The notes beneath the pieces are model-generated. The model had not been told where the DNA came from. It saw only the letters and a list, made by a program, of their open reading frames with translations, and searched no databases. The position numbers were made by a program, and so were the translations under genes. From a virus: 41,185 nt of DNA. The stretch covers positions 1-41,185 of the IMG/VR virus record IMGVR_UViG_3300027737_000005; one strand, given 5' to 3'. Below are positions 38,725 through 41,185 of this stretch, piece by piece. Each line of letters begins with the position of its first letter. The stretch's first letter is position 1.

Positions 38725-41185
38725 TTAAATCCCCATTGCTACGACGGTTATGTTGGTGACTGTTGGTGAATTTGTCCCCGCCACCTTAACATAGTAGTTA
38801 TTTGGAACGTAAGCAAAAATTGTAAAAAATGTGGCCGTTGCTACAGTAAAAGTTGGAACGGCAGTATTCGCTGTCGGAGCATTTGTGGTTCCTACTCCTA
38901 GAGTCAATGTTGCCCCTGTAGCTGCCGAAACTTGTACAACGATACTTAAAAGAACGTCATAACCGGTTGTATTTTGAGCTGCTGTACCAAGTGTCAATGA
39001 AGCTCCAAATGCACTTGTGGCGGTATTTGCTGCCACAGGAGTTGTGACGATATTACCACCGATTGTCGTAGTGGTCACATTTGTGGTCGAATTCCCGATA
39101 TTGATGGCATGGGCTGCAGCTGTACCAGTACCGATATTGATAGTCGCGGCATGTGTACCATTACCACCGGCAACAAGATTGAATGTTGGCGCTACGGTCG
39201 TATACGTACCATTAAAAATGTTTACGCTATTTGTACCACCTGTAAAGTTTCCATTGAATATATTAAAATGGTTTGTGCCTTGTGTGAGAACACCACCCAA
39301 GAAATCTGCTGTTTGGTTACCACTAGAACCAACACCACCTAAACAAACCAATGCTGTAGTAGCACCAGGAGTCGTTCCGCTCAAGATATTGACAGTTTGT
39401 GCTGCTGTGATGGATGCACCAGACGCAATATTTAGAGTCTGAGCGGATGCCGCAACACCATTTAACAAACCGACAGTCAAAGCACCTGTAGATGTACCTA
39501 CATTAATAGCTCCTGTTTGAGCAACAGCGCCTATAGTGATAACCTGGGCAGCATTGCCTCCAATACCAATGCCGATAGTGTTACCAGAGCCGGCAATGAT
39601 CGTGACAGCACCACCGGCATTAGAACCAATGTTTGTCACGTGTGCCGCACTCGTTCCTGTACCGATATTAGTTGTGCCAACGGCTGAAGCTGAACCACTA
39701 AACAAATTGAAAGATGATGCATGCGTAAATGCACCCGAAAAGATGTTAACATTAGCCGCTACTGTAGTAAATGCACCAGAGAAGATATTGACGGCATTTG
39801 TACCACCTGTAAATGCAGCATTAAATAGATTGAATGAATTGGTGCCACCTGTAGTGATACCTCCGAAGAATGTTGCGGTATTCGTTCCTTGCGAGATTGC
39901 TCCACCCTGGCAGCCAAAAACCTGGCTTCCAGCGCTACCTAAGCCGCTCATGATTGTCAATGTCTGATTAGCTGCAGGTGTTGCGCCTGCCATAATATTG
40001 ACAGCATTGGCATTGCTATTTGATGCAGCACTAGCAATCGATACCGTGTTTGCTCCGGACCCTCCAGAAATAATGACACTATTTGTGGCTGTGGAAGATC
40101 CTAGAGTAATGATACCAGTCTGTGCTGCTGCTCCAATCGTGATTGTGGCAGCTGCTGTACCTGCAATCGATGCATTTCCAGTTCCGAAAAGTAGACTTAA
40201 GGACGAAGATGATGAAACCGATCCGATCGAGATAACTTGTGCTGATGCTCCAGTACCAATTCCAATCGTATTTGTGCCGGCACCTGTACCGATATTGACA
40301 GCATTCGTCCCTGTACCTGTAACGATATTCATCGTTTTATTTCCGTTTCCAGTACCTACGTTGACTGTATTGGTACCCGTACTCGTGCCGAGAGATATGG
40401 CTCCTGTTTGAGCAGCGGCTCCGATTGTGATAGTTGCTGCAGCGTTTCCAGATATTGTTGTGTTACCACCGGATCCGGATTGTAGGGTAAGCGATGCACT
40501 TGCTGTTGTTGATCCAAGCGTAATAACGTTTGCCGCGGCATCGTTGAATAACTGGATGGTATTGCCACCACCTGTTGCTGTTATACCTCCCGCACCCGAT
40601 GCAATAGTAATTAGACCACTGGATCCTCCGATAGTCGTGGCAGCGGTTCCAGAGGCGTTTATAGATGTTGTACCAACTGATGTTAATGTTGTGAATGTGC
40701 CTGCTGCTGATGCTGTTCCTCCAATGGCCGGAGGAGATGCAAATACAGCGCTTAGATTTGAAGGTTGTACTGCAAGAGCAGTGACGCCTGGTACTGTTGC
40801 AGTTCCAGCTACAGCTTGAGCATTTGTCGCTAAATTCGTGATACCCGTCACTGTAGTTTGGGCAATGTTTGCACCAGCAAGTACTAAACTCTGGCCATAG
40901 GCGAAGACATCATTCGCAGAAGATACATATTGAGCGCTAGGCGCCGTTCCTGCCTCGGTCTGAGCAGTTGTAGCTAAATAAACTACCCCTAGATTAGTGT
41001 TAGAAGCTGGTTGGCCTTCAGGAGATGACCAATTCGAAGTGAGAGTGCCTCCAGAACTACTTTGAGACAATAGAACATATTCTCCAGAACCAATATAGAT
41101 CCACCGTGTACCTAGAGCATAATTAACGTCTTGTGCCGTCGGAGCTCTATTTTGAAAAACAACGTTTGTAACCGCATTAGCAGGC
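38725..41185 (-). CDS. tail fibre/spike protein, main part; the true gene is 38725..41086 joined to 1..149 (836 aa)
   Basis: Ala/Gly/Thr/Asn-rich beta-helix-like repeats (AAATITIGAAAQTGAISLGTSTGTNTV twice; NIFSGAFT and NIFNGNFT repeats). The frame stays open to the window end and continues at the window start. Confidence 0.75.
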   Translation of the reverse strand, partial: PANAVTNVVFQNRAPTAQDVNYALGTRWIYIGSGEYVLLSQSSSGGTLTSNWSSPEGQPASNTNLGVVYLATTAQTEAGTAPSAQYVSSANDVFAYGQSLVLAGANIAQTTVTGITNLATNAQAVAGTATVPGVTALAVQPSNLSAVFASPPAIGGTASAAGTFTTLTSVGTTSINASGTAATTIGGSSGLITIASGAGGITATGGGNTIQLFNDAAANVITLGSTTASASLTLQSGSGGNTTISGNAAATITIGAAAQTGAISLGTSTGTNTVNVGTGNGNKTMNIVTGTGTNAVNIGTGAGTNTIGIGTGASAQVISIGSVSSSSSLSLLFGTGNASIAGTAAATITIGAAAQTGIITLGSSTATNSVIISGGSGANTVSIASAASNSNANAVNIMAGATPAANQTLTIMSGLGSAGSQVFGCQGGAISQGTNTATFFGGITTGGTNSFNLFNAAFTGGTNAVNIFSGAFTTVAANVNIFSGAFTHASSFNLFSGSASAVGTTNIGTGTSAAHVTNIGSNAGGAVTIIAGSGNTIGIGIGGNAAQVITIGAVAQTGAINVGTSTGALTVGLLNGVAASAQTLNIASGASITAAQTVNILSGTTPGATTALVCLGGVGSSGNQTADFLGGVLTQGTNHFNIFNGNFTGGTNSVNIFNGTYTTVAPTFNLVAGGNGTHAATINIGTGTAAAHAINIGNSTTNVTTTTIGGNIVTTPVAANTATSAFGASLTLGTAAQNTTGYDVLLSIVVQVSAATGATLTLGVGTTNAPTANTAVPTFTVATATFFTIFAYVPNNYYVKVAGTNSPTVTNITVVAMGI
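41087..41185. repeat. terminal direct repeat copy 2 (identical to 1..99)
   Basis: Same 99 nt as the window start. Confidence 0.95.

Noticed and set aside
40100-40460. Duplicated ~30-aa segments in the fibre gene considered as a DGR template/variable repeat pair
   Set aside because: No reverse transcriptase is present in the genome. The two copies differ at all base types rather than at adenines only.
39017-40819. Several 130-143-aa plus-strand ORFs (39017-39442, 39536-39967, 39998-40411, 40427-40819) opposite the tail-fibre gene
   Set aside because: They are antisense shadows of a repetitive, compositionally biased gene. Their sequences are Pro/Val/Ala-rich with no starts, RBSs or motifs.
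1-41185. Search for tRNA/tmRNA genes, integrase, DNA polymerase, RNA polymerase and reverse transcriptase
   Set aside because: No T-loop/acceptor patterns and no catalytic motifs were recognised by eye. Absence should be confirmed with tRNAscan-SE and profile HMMs.

Overview
The window is a complete, circularly closed dsDNA phage genome. Bases 1-99 are identical to 41087-41185, which looks like an assembly overlap, so the unique length is 41,086 bp. The large tail-fibre gene runs across the window edge. It is AT-rich by eye.

Layout:
- Long minus-strand late region: terS, DNA methyltransferase, terL, portal, scaffold-like protein, [hsdM-hsdS], capsid, decoration-like proteins, tail tube/nozzle-like proteins and internal proteins. 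A tail-fibre cluster follows (beta-helix fibre, C1q-like protein, Gly-rich protein).
- Minus-strand early-left arm: CI-like HTH, replication initiator, RusA-like resolvase.
- Plus-strand early-right arm: PD-(D/E)XK exonuclease, RecT-like protein, RNA ligase.

I found no tRNA, CRISPR array, reverse transcriptase, integrase, DNA polymerase or recognisable endolysin.

Most notable observations:
1. Three homologous ORF-less group I introns, two in the major capsid gene (leaving a 22-38 nt micro-exon) and one at the 5' end of the portal gene.
2. An HNH endonuclease ORF written in the +1 frame inside the uninterrupted DNA methyltransferase ORF, between terS and terL.
3. Six transcription-oriented polypurine arrays built from phased pentamers (ANNGG)n. 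Each ends in AAAGCA(A/G)TGGTTYTA, which carries a start codon (MVL mini-ORFs). They lie next to a paralogous small-membrane-protein family and two paralogous ~205-aa proteins.
4. A ~190-bp G-poor (NAACN)~38 pentamer array.
5. An R-less type I hsdM-hsdS cassette with a 51-codon hsdR stub, inserted between the scaffold and capsid genes.
6. Iterons inside the replication-initiator gene, several promoter-plus-terminator units for small antisense RNAs, and a protein that is about 40% histidine.

Functional calls come from motif recognition by eye. No database search was run.
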